A DNA stretch of 64,000 bases from a virus, in the IMG/VR virus record IMGVR_UViG_3300009448_000012, positions 10,558 through 74,557 of that record. One strand, given 5' to 3'. A program made the position numbers and the translations under genes. Shown one piece after another: positions 20,223 to 30,465 of this stretch (its first letter is position 1; each line of letters opens with the position of its first letter). The notes below the pieces were generated by a model. It was not told the origin of the DNA and ran no database searches. It saw nothing but the letters and a program-made list of their open reading frames with translations.

Positions 20223-20870
20223 ATGTACAATCGCTCCAAACTGGTCGCCCTGGTGGCGATCGCCGTCATGATCACAGCGGCGCCATCGCTGGCGCAAACC
20301 GTCGACTTGCGGACGCCGGCCGGCGAGGTCGTCACTTACCTGTTCGGCATGCTCGCGACGGCGCTGACCGCGCTCGCTAGCGTCGCGATCCGGCTGGTCA
20401 TGGTCAAGGTCGGGATGCAGAACAGCGCGCTCGAACAGAACCTAAATGACCGGCTGAATGACATCATCTTCAAGGGGATGGACTTCGCGCAGGCGACTGC
20501 CGAAAACGAGATCCTGAAAAAGGGTTCGGGCCTGGAGGCGGTCAAGTTCGACAATTACTTCATTTCGCTGGCGGCGAGCTATGTCGCCGAGCGCGCGCCC
20601 GACATCCTGAAGAAGTTCACGGTCACGCAGGAAAAGCTTGTCGAAATGATCTGGGCTCGCATCCCCGCTTACGCGCAGACCGTGCCGGTCATGGGCGGCG
20701 CCTCGACGCCGGCGACCGGCAAGGCTGTCGCGGCCGTGACGGGCGGTCCCTCGATCCCTGCGCGCGCGCAGCCGGCGCCGGTGATCGAGCAGCCGAAGAC
20801 CGAAACGCCATTGCCAGCCGACAAGGTGTCCGCTAGCATGTTCGACGAGGCGCCCCAAACAGGCGCTTAA
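20223..20870 (+). CDS. membrane protein in lysis cassette (putative holin)
   Basis: Two N-terminal hydrophobic segments; directly after the endolysin. Confidence 0.5.
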   Translation: MYNRSKLVALVAIAVMITAAPSLAQTVDLRTPAGEVVTYLFGMLATALTALASVAIRLVMVKVGMQNSALEQNLNDRLNDIIFKGMDFAQATAENEILKKGSGLEAVKFDNYFISLAASYVAERAPDILKKFTVTQEKLVEMIWARIPAYAQTVPVMGGASTPATGKAVAAVTGGPSIPARAQPAPVIEQPKTETPLPADKVSASMFDEAPQTGA

Positions 20871-21035
20871 ACGACCCGTGGGCGCGGGTACGGCGATGGC
20901 GCTGGTCGGTCGGTCCCTGGCGGGTTCCCGGTTCGACCAGCGCTTCACCCCGCTCCACCAAGCCCGATAACCTGCCCTGTCGTCTCCAGCATGCCGCAAG
21001 CTCGCACGGTCCGCCCGCGCGGGCTTGCGGTCCGT

Positions 21036-22940
21036 TTAGGCGTCCCGCTGAAGCGGACCGCTGGCAAGCTCCATCTCGATGCCGTCCAGGCGCCCGACGA
21101 CGCGCCAGCACGGCACGTAGTTGATCAGGCCCTTCTGTAGCTCGAACACGACGTGGCGGATCGGCGTGAGGCGTGGGGGCAGCACCAGGGCGGCTTCGAC
21201 GGCCGTGACGAGCCGATGCGGTTCGTCGACCATGACGCGGACGACCGGGGTCACATTCGGGTTCCACCCTTCGAGCGACTTGGACGCCCATGCGGCGCGG
21301 ATCTCGGCGACGGCTTGCGTGGTCATTTCTGTTTGCCCGTCCCGTCGCATACCGGACAATCGACCGTCTCGACCGGTGTCTGGACGTGCTCGCGATCTTC
21401 GGCCGGGAAGATCTTCCCGAACGGCGCCGGCTGAACATCGACCTTCCCGTCGCCGCCGCATGGCTCGCACGGGTCCCCTTTAGCTGTCATTGGCTGTCGT
21501 CCTTTTCTGGTTTGCCGAACAGTGCGATGAACGCGCGGCGCCGGCGGTGTCGGCGCTGGATAGCCTCGACCCGGCGCATGTGAGCGACGCGGCGATCGAG
21601 ATCCGGCGTCTTGCTGGAGCTATTCAGGTTGCTCCACATGAAGACGATCAGGATCGCGATATGATAGTACGCGAGCAGCCACAGCGCGGCCGTTTGGATA
21701 CCGGGCGACCCGTATGCGAGCATCACCGCAAAGGTCCCGATCAGGGTCCCGTAGCTGATCAGCATCATTCCGGAATATCCGCGTCCAGCGCTTCGTCGAT
21801 GTCCGCGATCAGCCGCGCGCGGACGCCGTCGCTCATCGGGTGCTCGACGTCGACGATCTCGCGGACGCTGGTCAGGGCGTCGCGAAGGTGCTGGACCATC
21901 ATGCGATCGGTATTCGGCCCTGTGACCATCGGCGCGAGCGACAGCATCACTAGCCCGTCGCTCAGCGCGCCGAAGTCCGCGATATGGATGACCCGGACGC
22001 CGATCGGTTTGGTCGCGTCCTCGGCTAGGTCCTGGTTGCCGCGCCCCATTTCGAGCAGGTCGCCAGCCTTGACGTTGGCGCGGGTTTTGTCGACCAGGAT
22101 TGCGCGCATCTCGCCGGCGCGGACGGCGTCCCAATAGTCGGCGCGGACAACTAGCTTGTGCGTCTTGGCGGTCATTTGGTTCGGTCCAAGGTTGCGTCGA
22201 TATAGTCGACCAGGGTTTCGTTGGGGCTGTCGGCTTCGTTGACCCAAACGGTGCAACAGATCGACAGGGCGTTGATATCGGCGAAGATCGACCGGCGGAT
22301 CACGGCCAGCGCTTCGCGGGCCTCGACAAGCCGAGGGTCTTCAGGCGGCGTGCTGGTGGTCATGTGGCGGGCTCCGATCGTCCGCTAAGGCGCCGACACG
22401 CGGCCGGCGCCTGGACTGACGGTCAGTTGTGCGACGGCTTGCCGGGGTCGCTGGTCGGCGGCGGCTCCGGTGAGTCGGGGCTGTCCCAAAAGTCCGGATT
22501 GCGGGGATCGAAATTCGGGAGGTTGGTCGGATACTGAATATCCGGGTCCGGCTTGGGCGGCGGGTTATCGGCCATGGTTTTCCTTTCGGGCTGGTCGTCC
22601 ACTAAGCCGCCGGGCTCGCCGGCGGCCGGGAAGGCGACCGTCATTTCGACGGCATCCATTCAGATCGCGCGCGCGGCTGATGTGTCCAGCGGACCCAAGT
22701 CCACCAGATCAGTTCGAGCCGCACGAAGCGGGCGTAAAGCCGGATGCGTCGCGGCGCCTGATCGACCAGTTCGAACAGGCAAGCGAGGAACATCAGGCTG
22801 TGACCTAAAGCGTTTCGAAACATCAGTGGTAAACCCCTGTTAGCAACCAGCCCATGAAGCGGTCGTCGCGGCATGCGATGACGAACATGACCAGCGTCAT
22901 CAGCACGACGGTCATGACGGTGATCTGGTTCGTGGTCATG
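21036..22940 (-). other. run of small hypothetical early genes (e.g. 21036-21326, 21487-21768 membrane, 22172-22363, 22423-22575 Pro/Asp-rich)
   Basis: Tightly packed minus-strand ORFs, several with ATGA overlaps. Confidence 0.55.
21765..22175 (-). CDS. ASCH/DUF3850-like (PUA fold) protein
   Basis: HKLVVRADYWDAVRAGE...VKAGDLL. Confidence 0.55.
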   Translation of the reverse strand: MTAKTHKLVVRADYWDAVRAGEMRAILVDKTRANVKAGDLLEMGRGNQDLAEDATKPIGVRVIHIADFGALSDGLVMLSLAPMVTGPNTDRMMVQHLRDALTSVREIVDVEHPMSDGVRARLIADIDEALDADIPE

Positions 22941-22957
22941 TTCGAGTCTCCAGATGT

Positions 22958-22993
22958 GAAAAAGGGACGGTCGCGATACACGGCCGCCCCTTC
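22958..22993 (-). terminator. intrinsic terminator downstream of the OMP gene
   Basis: Minus strand GGGGCGGCCG-TGTATCG-CGACCGTCCC then TTTTT. Confidence 0.6.
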
Positions 22994-23040
22994 ACTTCGG
23001 TCCGCCGCTTCGGCTTATGCCTGGGCTGACGGTCGCGACG

Positions 23041-23823
23041 TTAGAAGTTGTAGTTCAGACCGACCCGGACAACGTCCAGGTTCGCGTCGCCGTCGTGCGT
23101 GAAGGCGAAGCAGTCGACGCCCTTGGAACCGCCGAAGCTGTTCAAGTCGAATCGCTGCCATTCGCCGAACGCGGACAGGTGCTCGGTCAGCTTGACGTCG
23201 ACGCCGCCACCAAAGGTGAACGCGGTGACGGTGTCGCTATAGCCCATGACGCTCACGGTCTCGCCGCCGAGCACGGGGCCGCCGATCGAGCCGTCGACCG
23301 AAATGTCGACCATGCCGACACCGACGAAGCCGTACACGCCGACGCGCTCGATGACCTCGACGCCGCCCTTCAGCACGGCCGCCGCACGCCAATCGGAACC
23401 GACCGACAGCTTCCCGGTCGCATAGGTTTCGTCGACCTGACTGAAGTCGACCATCAGCACGGGGCCGCCATAGATGCGGCCGGCTTGGAACATATAGCCG
23501 CCGCGCAGACCACCGCCGATGCCCTTGTCACTGATGTCCGGCAGATTGCCGGCGATGCCGCCCTTCGTGCCGAAGTACTCGTTCAACGGCTTCTGGACCG
23601 AGCAGTTCGGGCAATCTTCCCAATTCATCGAGCCTTCGTGCTCGACGTCCAGGCGGTCCCAATTCACCGAAGCGCCGACGAAGAACCCGCCGAAGCTCGA
23701 CTTCGAAACCTGATAGATCGCGGGCGCGTCGGCGCCGACGTCCTTGGTCGATCCGCGCAGGTCAGCAGCGCCGACCGACGTTGCGCCGGCGACGATCGCC
23801 AGCAAGGCATAGATAATTCGCAT
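23041..23823 (-). CDS. outer-membrane beta-barrel protein, Omp25/RopB-like
   Basis: Signal peptide + AADL; GGFFVG; GGLRGGY; FTFGGGVD; C-terminal VVRVGLNYNF. Confidence 0.85.
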   Translation of the reverse strand: MRIIYALLAIVAGATSVGAADLRGSTKDVGADAPAIYQVSKSSFGGFFVGASVNWDRLDVEHEGSMNWEDCPNCSVQKPLNEYFGTKGGIAGNLPDISDKGIGGGLRGGYMFQAGRIYGGPVLMVDFSQVDETYATGKLSVGSDWRAAAVLKGGVEVIERVGVYGFVGVGMVDISVDGSIGGPVLGGETVSVMGYSDTVTAFTFGGGVDVKLTEHLSAFGEWQRFDLNSFGGSKGVDCFAFTHDGDANLDVVRVGLNYNF

Positions 23824-23884
23824 GCTTGTCTTTCCCCGTTTGAGCCACAGGACACAATGCCCCGTGATCATCCTTACGCACACT

Positions 23885-24904
23885 CTAACCCTTGTTGCGG
23901 TCCCCGTAAGCTTCGTCGGCGCGGTCGAGGTCGCTGGCGGCGCGCAGGTGTTGCGCGGCTTCACCATCGAGCCGATCGGCCTTCGCGGCGTCGCCCTGGT
24001 CGCGGGCGGTTTCCGCCTGCTTCTGGAGGTCGACCGCGTCGTTCACAAGCGCTTTGCTCGCCTGTCCTACGGGATGCGCATATTCGTCTGACATCGGTGT
24101 TCGTCCTAGTGAAGAAAAATCCCGGCCGGGAGATGCAAGCAGGGCGTGACCGGCCGGGTCGGGCTTTGGAGAATGCCCACGCCCGCTTGTTCTATGAGTC
24201 GTCGGTGCAGATCTCGACGATCGGTCCTTCGACCACGTCTTCGCCTCCGTTGTCGGCGGTCAGATACCGCCCGGCCGGCGAGAATAGGAAGCCGCTCACG
24301 GCCGCCAGTCGCCCGGCGTCGGCGTCATAAGCTACGACGGTTGCGTCCGGCGGATACTGCTTCAGCTTCTCGATCAGGTTGGCGACCGTGGTCATCATTC
24401 GGCGTCCGGTTTCGGCATCACGTTGTCGACGACGTGCCGGACTTCGTCAACGGCCTGTTCCGCATGCGCGATCGCGATCGCCGCGCTGTCCGGCTTGTCG
24501 TTCGCCGTGTCGCGAAGCGCTTGGCTCGTGTGGTCGGCGAGGTCGGATAAGGCGTCGTCCAGGCGTTCTTTGTTCATGTCGGTTTTCCGGGTGAAGGGGA
24601 CGGCGCCGACCGTTGCTAGCGGTCGACGCCTGGGGGGACAACCTTAAAAAAGGGACAGTTGCAATTGCACCGGCCGCGTCGAGCGCTCGGCGATGTAGGC
24701 TTTCGCGATCTCGATCCGACGCGCTCGTTCTTCGGCGCGGTACACGATCAGATCATTTTCAATCTTGGTCCATTTGGCGTGGTCAGCTTCGGCTTTCGAC
24801 TTCGTCCGAAAGGTCATGCAGTAGTATTCGTTTGCGATCTTCTTCGGATGCGTCGTGATTTTTCCGCTCACGAACCAGTAGCTACCACGTTTTTCGATTT
24901 GCAT
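23885..24904 (-). other. four small hypothetical genes (23885-24094, 24192-24398, 24395-24577, 24644-24904)
   Basis: Protein-like composition and RBS-like sequences. Confidence 0.55.
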
Positions 24905-24974
24905 GTCTCATTCTCCAGTAGTTCGCAACGCCCTAGTTGGTGGACTTGGGTCTGGGGACCCAAGTCCTAGTCGG

Positions 24975-25226
24975 TTACAGCTTGCAGTCGGGTGCGGGCT
25001 GATCCGGCTTTTGTTGTTCAGCTTTAAGCTTTTCTTCGAGGCGCTTTTTCATGAACTCACCGTAAACGGCGAGGACTTTTAATCCGACGTAACTGATAAC
25101 GAAGCCAATCATTATCGTTCCGAGGACATCGCCTTTCGTGCAACTCGCCGGCGACTTCGTTTCGGCTTGCGCCGGGACGACAATCAATTGCGCGGCGATG
25201 ATTGCTGCGAAGATTTTCTTAAGCAT
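24975..25226 (-). CDS. small signal-peptide plus transmembrane protein
   Basis: MLKKIFAAIIAAQLIVVPAQA; TM segment; GGAG RBS; AT-richer than flanks. Confidence 0.65.
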   Translation of the reverse strand: MLKKIFAAIIAAQLIVVPAQAETKSPASCTKGDVLGTIMIGFVISYVGLKVLAVYGEFMKKRLEEKLKAEQQKPDQPAPDCKL

Positions 25227-25382
25227 CACACATTCTCCATTTTGCGTTCCGGGGAACCCCGGACCGGATGGAACCAAGTCCACCAAGTAAGGCGTTGCTT
25301 GTTTCTTTGGCAGCTTTCCGTTCCAACGTTTGTTAGACTGCGCTTGGAACGGTAAAGGATCAGTGGGGCCTGTCTTCTGATT

Positions 25383-25415
25383 ACTAATGTATGCTCACTT
25401 GTGCTCACCGTCAAT
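25383..25415 (-). promoter_or_regulatory. sigma70-type promoter with operator box in the spacer
   Basis: TTGACG-N17-TACATT; spacer contains TGAGCACAAGTGAGC. Confidence 0.7.
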
Positions 25416-25571
25416 AGAAAAACGAACGATTTTTCATTAAATCGACGATTATTGTTCCGACGATGAACGTCCAGATGATCACAGCGGCGGCGATGCTTGA
25501 TCGAACGTGTCTAGGCATTGATTAACCTTGGAAAATGGTCGTGCCGACCGATCATCGACACGACCCTGTGA

Positions 25572-28500
25572 TTATTCCCCGCGTTTCGCGGCTTCGAGGT
25601 TTTCCAGCGCGGCCGTGATCTGATCACGGACATCGTTGAGCAGTTTGTAAGGATCGACGCCCACGCCGGCGGCGTCGATGTTGGTCTTGATCAGCTTCAG
25701 GTCAGCTTCGACGCCGCGCATCAGCTCGCGCCATTGCTTGATCACGACGGTCTTAAGCGACGGCGCGGCCGCCGGCTTGGGACGGTTCTCCGGATCGAGC
25801 GACCGCGCCTTGACGACGCCTTCAGCCGTGCGGTGCGTGACGCCGCCGGCGATCTTCTTCCACGCCTTGCCCGTCCAGGTGTAAACGTCGGTCAGGTTGT
25901 TTCCGATGTCGCGGATCTCGCATGCGCCGACCTCGGTCCCGGCGTCGATCGGCACGGCGCCGGGATGAATGACCGCTTCGACTTCCTTCCACGTCAGGTC
26001 GTCGACCAGCCGATCGACGACGCCGGTGTTTTTCCATTCATCGACCGCGTAAAGCCCGTCACCGGTCGAGACGGTGAACTTCACGCTGAACGTGCTGGTC
26101 GGTGACGGCTCGACCTCATCAGGCATGTCGACGTCGACCGCGTCGCCGGCGCGCGGCGGCGCGGTCAGGACGAACCCCTTAGCGGCCCAACGCTCGATCT
26201 GTTCTTCCGTGGGTGCGGCGAGCCGGGACACGTCGCCCATTCGTTGCGCCGCCTGTGCGACCAGCTCGACCGCGTCCCAATAGGTCGCCGAGACCGGGAA
26301 ATTCTCGCCGCGCATGGTCAGCCATTGCCCCTTGGTCGCGCTCCAGCGTTGGACGCTCCAGCCGCCGGCGGGCTCGATCAGGTTCGGCATGATCCGAAAC
26401 GTGCCTTCGTGCTCGGGAACGTTGGTCCCGACCGGCATGGTCACGGTTTCGATGCGAACCGGCGGCTGTTGCGCGACGCTGGCGGCGTAAATCTGGTCGA
26501 AGGTCTCGGTCGGCGGGACATGCGCCGCGACGTTTGCGTGTGGCGGTTGTTCGGGCTGGTCAGCCTGCATCGTGCAATCCAGTGCGTGTTGACGGCGCCG
26601 GGCTTCCGAAAGCTGTTCAGCGACGTCGGCGAAGTGTTGGGGGTGTCGTTTCAGGTAGTGGATCGCGTCCGCCCGGTGGGCACTGTTCCCTTGCTGCTCG
26701 CCGCCGTTGGGTCCCTCGCCGGTGTGGCGAAGGTGATGATCGAGCGCTTCGAGACACGACAGGGCGGTCGCGATCGCGTGGCGGCCGTCCTGAAACCGGT
26801 TGGGCTTCGGCACGTCGCCGATCGGCGTCGTCCGCGTGGCGATCGCCAGCGCTTCGTCGATCAGCTCGATCGCGCTCGGGACATATCGCGATATCATGCT
26901 GTCACCGCGCAGGCGGCGAAGGACCTCGGCGACCGCATCGAGGCGCGTGTTATTCGCCTCGATCATGCCGTCGCGAGCATCGACCGGTTCATCGTTGATC
27001 ACGCTCACGGTTTGGTCGCTGATGATTTCGTCGATCAGCACCATCGCCGAGCCGATCGCCGGGTCGTCGCTCCGGACACTATTCAGGATCTCGATCACGC
27101 GGGTCAGCCGGCGGACCGTCAGACCATCAGGTTCGTCGGCGAATGGTTGCAAGCCTTGCAAGCCGCGATAGATCGTGTTTTCCGACCAGCCGGCCGCGAC
27201 CAGCCTGGAGACGATCGTGTTCAGCGCGGCCGTTGCGTGGCTGTCGCGTCTCCATCCGAGGACCGCGCGGCACTGCTCGGCGAACGCGGTCAGTTCGGGA
27301 CTATCCATTTTCCAGATCAAGCCGGTGTCCTGACCGTTCGGGTCGAGGATGCGGCGCGGCAGATCGTAACCAGGCGAAGCGCTGGCGATCTCGTTTTCAC
27401 CGCGAACGATCGTGATCGCCTGACCGACCCTGTGACCATATTTCACGATCTCGCCTTCGGCCTCGGCGACGGTGTCGAACTGGCGCCATGGCCACAGCTC
27501 CGGCTCGCATTCCGATATCACCGCCGACCAATGTCCGCCGACCGGTGTCGCGCGCCAGCGCTCGATCTCGAACATGCCGTTCGTCGACGACTGGCGGACA
27601 TGAAACGCACCGTCCATGATCCCGGCGACGGTCTCGGCGTCCTCGCCGGTGAGCAGTGCCGGCACATCGTCGGCGCTGATCAGCTCGACCGCGTAAGGGG
27701 CTTGTTCGCTGGACCAGTCGCCGAACGCTTGGATCGCCGAGGCGCGCGTATCGAACGACCTCGACAGCACGCGGTACATGACCGGGAAGCCGGTTTTCTT
27801 GTGAATGGCGGACCAGCCTTCGACGTCGTCGTGGATGAAGAAGAACCACAATCCGTTGTAGGGCGATTGCTGGATCTGAAACATCACCGGCGTCGGCTCG
27901 ACCGCGATGTCGAAGTCGGGACCATTGGCGCCACGGAACGCGCTGATCGCGCGAAGCGCCTGTTCGCGGCTGACGAAGGTCGTCGGGCGAAGCGACGGTT
28001 CATCCGAGATACGCACGACCCGCTTGTCATAGCCGTCGTAAGGCGCGCCGATCCAAACGTATCCGCCTTGGTCGAGCCGCTGAATCAACCAGGACCCGGC
28101 GGCGTTCAGCACGATCCGCGCGGTCACGGTCGGGCGGGCGGGCACATCGCGCGGCGAGGCGGGCGGCGTCGGTGTCATAGGCGGTTCGCCGGCGGGCTGG
28201 TTGTCGGCGATCCATTTTTCCGGCAAGCCGCTGATCCCCACGGTCAGCGGCACGTCGAGCATGAAGCGGTCTTTCATGCCGATCCGCGCGGCGTATCCGT
28301 GGATCGCCTTTTCGGTCGCTTCGTAGTTCGACCGAACCAGCAAGCCGTCGACCATGATGGTCCACCAGTTGCCGGCAAGGTCCTGTTGCTGGATCGCGCA
28401 GTCGGTGTTGATCATGCTTTTATCGCCGGCGCGCGAGAACCGCACGATCCGGAACAGCTTGTCGGGACCCTGGACGATCGGCGCGTGATCGCCGGGAAGG

Positions 28501-28712
28501 AAGACCATCACGCCGGTTTTCGCCTTCGTCGCGGCGCGGTGTTTCTCGATCGCGGCGAGCGCGGCCGGGCTATCGGGGAAGGTTCCCGACAGCACGCTGT
28601 CGCTGTGCGGCGGGACCCAAACGCCGGCGGCGTTCCGTTGCTCGATCGCGATGGCGTAAGTCACCGGATCGCCGATCGGCTTGATCCGATATTCCTCGGT
28701 GTGCTGTGTCAT
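25572..28712 (-). CDS. 1046-aa hypothetical protein with repeated beta-beta-beta-alpha-like modules
   Basis: Recurrent [IV]xxxxxxGxW...F.[ST]..xA..AI pattern. Confidence 0.8.
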   Translation of the reverse strand: MTQHTEEYRIKPIGDPVTYAIAIEQRNAAGVWVPPHSDSVLSGTFPDSPAALAAIEKHRAATKAKTGVMVFLPGDHAPIVQGPDKLFRIVRFSRAGDKSMINTDCAIQQQDLAGNWWTIMVDGLLVRSNYEATEKAIHGYAARIGMKDRFMLDVPLTVGISGLPEKWIADNQPAGEPPMTPTPPASPRDVPARPTVTARIVLNAAGSWLIQRLDQGGYVWIGAPYDGYDKRVVRISDEPSLRPTTFVSREQALRAISAFRGANGPDFDIAVEPTPVMFQIQQSPYNGLWFFFIHDDVEGWSAIHKKTGFPVMYRVLSRSFDTRASAIQAFGDWSSEQAPYAVELISADDVPALLTGEDAETVAGIMDGAFHVRQSSTNGMFEIERWRATPVGGHWSAVISECEPELWPWRQFDTVAEAEGEIVKYGHRVGQAITIVRGENEIASASPGYDLPRRILDPNGQDTGLIWKMDSPELTAFAEQCRAVLGWRRDSHATAALNTIVSRLVAAGWSENTIYRGLQGLQPFADEPDGLTVRRLTRVIEILNSVRSDDPAIGSAMVLIDEIISDQTVSVINDEPVDARDGMIEANNTRLDAVAEVLRRLRGDSMISRYVPSAIELIDEALAIATRTTPIGDVPKPNRFQDGRHAIATALSCLEALDHHLRHTGEGPNGGEQQGNSAHRADAIHYLKRHPQHFADVAEQLSEARRRQHALDCTMQADQPEQPPHANVAAHVPPTETFDQIYAASVAQQPPVRIETVTMPVGTNVPEHEGTFRIMPNLIEPAGGWSVQRWSATKGQWLTMRGENFPVSATYWDAVELVAQAAQRMGDVSRLAAPTEEQIERWAAKGFVLTAPPRAGDAVDVDMPDEVEPSPTSTFSVKFTVSTGDGLYAVDEWKNTGVVDRLVDDLTWKEVEAVIHPGAVPIDAGTEVGACEIRDIGNNLTDVYTWTGKAWKKIAGGVTHRTAEGVVKARSLDPENRPKPAAAPSLKTVVIKQWRELMRGVEADLKLIKTNIDAAGVGVDPYKLLNDVRDQITAALENLEAAKRGE

Positions 28713-29065
28713 AGGTCCTCATTGGGCAGGGTATCGCGAAAGTCTTCGTGCTGTTCGCCGTCCAGGCGGATGTGACGGGCGTTCTCGCACGTCATCATCT
28801 GGATTCGCAGGGGGATGTTATTCCCCTGGTTGATCTGGTTCATCAGCCAACCGACGCAATGAACCTGTTCCTCGGTGTCGTGCTGGTGGCATCCCATGGC
28901 GACGATGATGCCGCCGGGCGTGTGCGAGGCGCCGGGCTCGGCGATCGTGCATAACAACGCCCGGTGAAGGTCCTCGGAATAGCCGTCCGGGATCTCGCGC
29001 GGATCGGTCGTGACCTTCCACGGGCACTTGTCGCACTGGTGGAGCCGCTTCAGTTTCCAGGTCAT
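28709..29065 (-). CDS. Cys/His metal-binding protein (DUF6283-like)
   Basis: CDKCPW...CHQH...HCVGWL. Confidence 0.55.
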   Translation of the reverse strand: MTWKLKRLHQCDKCPWKVTTDPREIPDGYSEDLHRALLCTIAEPGASHTPGGIIVAMGCHQHDTEEQVHCVGWLMNQINQGNNIPLRIQMMTCENARHIRLDGEQHEDFRDTLPNEDL

Positions 29066-29665
29066 CAGAACACCAGCATGCCGACCGTGAAGGACACGAC
29101 TGCCGTGATCACGAACCACGCGGCCGGATGGATCGCGCGCAGCACGGCGCCGACGATCGACCAGTCGTCATGATCGAACACGCTCGACCGGAACGCGGCC
29201 GCGCGCGGCGAGCGGTTCAACCGGTTCAGAAACCGCGCGACGTTGCGCGCGTCGCGGGCGGCCGCCTCGCTCACGGCCGCGCCGAATTCGCGCAAGGCGT
29301 CGGCGAGGACCCGCATTTCGTCGGCGGTCGAGCGGCTGACCGGCTTCAGCCCTTGGCATTCAGGCGGCACAGGCTGACCCTGTGACCATCCTTGCTCGAT
29401 CGCGCATCCATAGGACGCGGGACAGCCTTCAGCCGGGCACATGTGCCCTTCACGGCGCGTGCAATGCCAGCCTGGAAAGTTCATGGGCGGGTTCTCCGTA
29501 AGCTTTGAATGATCGACGCCGCGTCCGCCATGATGCCGGCGACGACGTTCGGCGCGTAAGGGATGTCGTCGACCACGGTGTCGAGCAGTTCGGTCAGGAC
29601 GTGGTCGACCGTCTTTCGGCTGATCCGCATGGGACCGCGTTCCGCCTGCTTTTGCCTGACCGTGG

Positions 29666-30073
29666 TCATGCGGGTCGCTCCGGCAAGGCTTGAGCGCGCG
29701 CCCATTGGTCCCGCCAATAGCTGATCTCGTTGCGAAGGAAGGCTTCGTCGGTCAGCATGCGCGGGTCGGCTCGACGCCGGGTTATTTCCGCTCGACCGGC
29801 GTCGGTCATCTTCTCGCGAAACTGCTCGATCAGCGCGTCGAAGTCCTCGATCGTGACGGACGCCGGCTTACCGGGCTCCACCTTCACGAACGCCCGCACG
29901 GCGCGATAACCGAACTTCGTCGCATAGTTCGTCGTCACCGGGCGCTTACCGCGCAGCACGTCCGAGACGTCGCCGGCGTGCATGCGGTTGTCGACCGCCC
30001 ATTTCGTCATTGACTTGCCGCTGGCCGCGATGCCGGCGCGGATGATCTGCCGCATCTCGTCTTCGCTGATCAT
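29666..30073 (-). CDS. HTH (Cro/XRE-like) DNA-binding protein
   Basis: SMTKWAVDNRMHAGDVSDVLRGKRP. Confidence 0.65.
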   Translation of the reverse strand: MISEDEMRQIIRAGIAASGKSMTKWAVDNRMHAGDVSDVLRGKRPVTTNYATKFGYRAVRAFVKVEPGKPASVTIEDFDALIEQFREKMTDAGRAEITRRRADPRMLTDEAFLRNEISYWRDQWARAQALPERPA

Positions 30074-30465
30074 GTTGGTCGTCCTATGCGGGCGACCAAG
30101 TCGTCGAGTGCAACCCCAATGTTGTTCGGGCGCGCGGTCGCCGACCATGTGTCGTCAGTGTTGGTCGGCATGGACAGGAACAGGTCCCAAGCCGTCGAGC
30201 GATCGCCGAACACGGTTTCTTCAAGCTGAATCATCAGGTCGACCCGTGACATGACCTGCGCGGTATCGCGGAAGAACGCCGCGAGATTGCCGATTGTCTC
30301 GGCGTCGGTCTCACCCTTGGTTTCTAGGAACCGTCCGATCAGCGCTGCGCGGACACTGTCCAGACCGGCGCCGAATTCCTCGGCGGGTCGCTGGAGCAGG
30401 TCGACCACGCCGGCGACGCCGATCTTGTCGACCTTGTCGATCGTCCGGAGAACTTGCGCCGTCAT
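30070..30465 (-). CDS. protein resembling the HisRS insertion domain
   Basis: VLRTIDKVDKIGVAGVVDLL...GAGL. Confidence 0.5.
   Translation of the reverse strand: MTAQVLRTIDKVDKIGVAGVVDLLQRPAEEFGAGLDSVRAALIGRFLETKGETDAETIGNLAAFFRDTAQVMSRVDLMIQLEETVFGDRSTAWDLFLSMPTNTDDTWSATARPNNIGVALDDLVARIGRPT

Noticed and set aside
26244-28775. Long antisense ORFs (843 aa here; also 41071-42582, 54801-56162, 23017-24330)
   Set aside because: Shadow frames of real genes in high-GC DNA; Arg/Gly-rich with no motifs
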